NCBI GenBank assembly: GCA_029762535.1
Contig: JARVGK010000037.1
Coordinates: 1-25,850 of the forward strand
DNA length: 25,850 nucleotides
Direction: 5' to 3'
From: Thermoplasmatota archaeon
Lineage (GTDB): Archaea > Thermoplasmatota > Penumbrarchaeia > Penumbrarchaeales > Penumbrarchaeaceae
Shown: positions 25,549 to 25,850 of the stretch, one piece after another
Layout: every line of letters begins with the position of its first letter
Numbering within the stretch: position 1 is the first letter of the stretch
The notes under the pieces: model-generated
The model's input: the letters and a program-made list of their open reading frames with translations, nothing else
What the model was told of the DNA's origin: nothing
The model's database searches: none
Position numbers and translations under genes: made by a program

Positions 25549-25576
25549 TTACATCAATGAGTATTACATCAATGAG
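25549..25576. repeat. 13-bp direct repeat pair TTACATCAATGAG (15-bp period)
   Basis: Identical copies at 25549-25561 and 25564-25576. Confidence 0.85.
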
Positions 25577-25585
25577 AAGATGTTG

Positions 25586-25850
25586 GTGCTTCCGTCGGGA
25601 CCTTTTGATCGTCCTCTCGTTGACGATAATTCAGATCCAAAGGTTCAGGAAAATGCCCAACGGGCATTTTTCGTATCTCAGCATCCTCTAGCATCTTTTC
25701 ACGTGAACGATCATGATCGACGAAAGTGATAAGATGCGAAAAGGGAGCACGACTATAAGCAATTAGAAGTTGAGTGCTTCCGTCGGGACCTTTTGATCGT
25801 CCTCTCGTTGACGATAATTCAGATCCAAAGGTTCAGGAAAATGCCCAACG
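25586..25850 (+). repeat. Non-coding structured tandem repeat, 188-bp period (one full ~165-nt unit plus a truncated second copy)
   Basis: 25586-25662 is identical to 25774-25850 (77 bp, running to the window end). The unit contains four inverted-repeat stems. Confidence 0.9.

Noticed and set aside
25491-25691. 66-aa ORF over the repeats
   Set aside because: It has a TTG start without an RBS and overlies DNA-level repeats and hairpins, so it is likely spurious.
25549-25850. CRISPR array
   Set aside because: Repeat lengths (13 bp and at least 77 bp) and spacings do not fit CRISPR repeat-spacer geometry, and no cas genes are present.

Overview
Archaeal DNA, most likely from a Thermoplasmatota-type genome. 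This placement is an inference from the archaeal-type initiator tRNA-Met, TATA/BRE-like promoters, GAGGTG/AGGTGA ribosome-binding sites, FtsZ1, ThiR and giant C-terminally anchored surface proteins. From left to right the window holds: the 5' part of an FG-GAP protein gene with an in-frame TGA, tRNA-iMet, an 1169-aa FG-GAP/cadherin-like surface protein ending in a TM helix plus two cytoplasmic winged-helix domains, and a 55-aa ORF directly behind tRNA-Phe. Next come a DUF5788-like gene, ftsZ followed by a TPR/poly-CxxC protein, a ~1620-aa FG-GAP + transglutaminase-like surface protein and a dCMP deaminase. These are followed by a PstS-fold lipoprotein lacking the phosphate-binding motifs, an orphan VirB11/PilB-type ATPase, a 547-aa hypothetical, a thiR-thiB-thiP-thiQ operon and a ~1200-aa Ig/PKD surface protein. 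The window ends in a non-coding, highly structured ~165-nt unit repeated at a 188-bp period. The best candidates for undescribed biology are the single-chain extracellular-sensor/TM/wHTH protein, the structured tandem repeat and the ftsZ-linked TPR/zinc protein. All family assignments come from motif recognition by eye; no searches were run.
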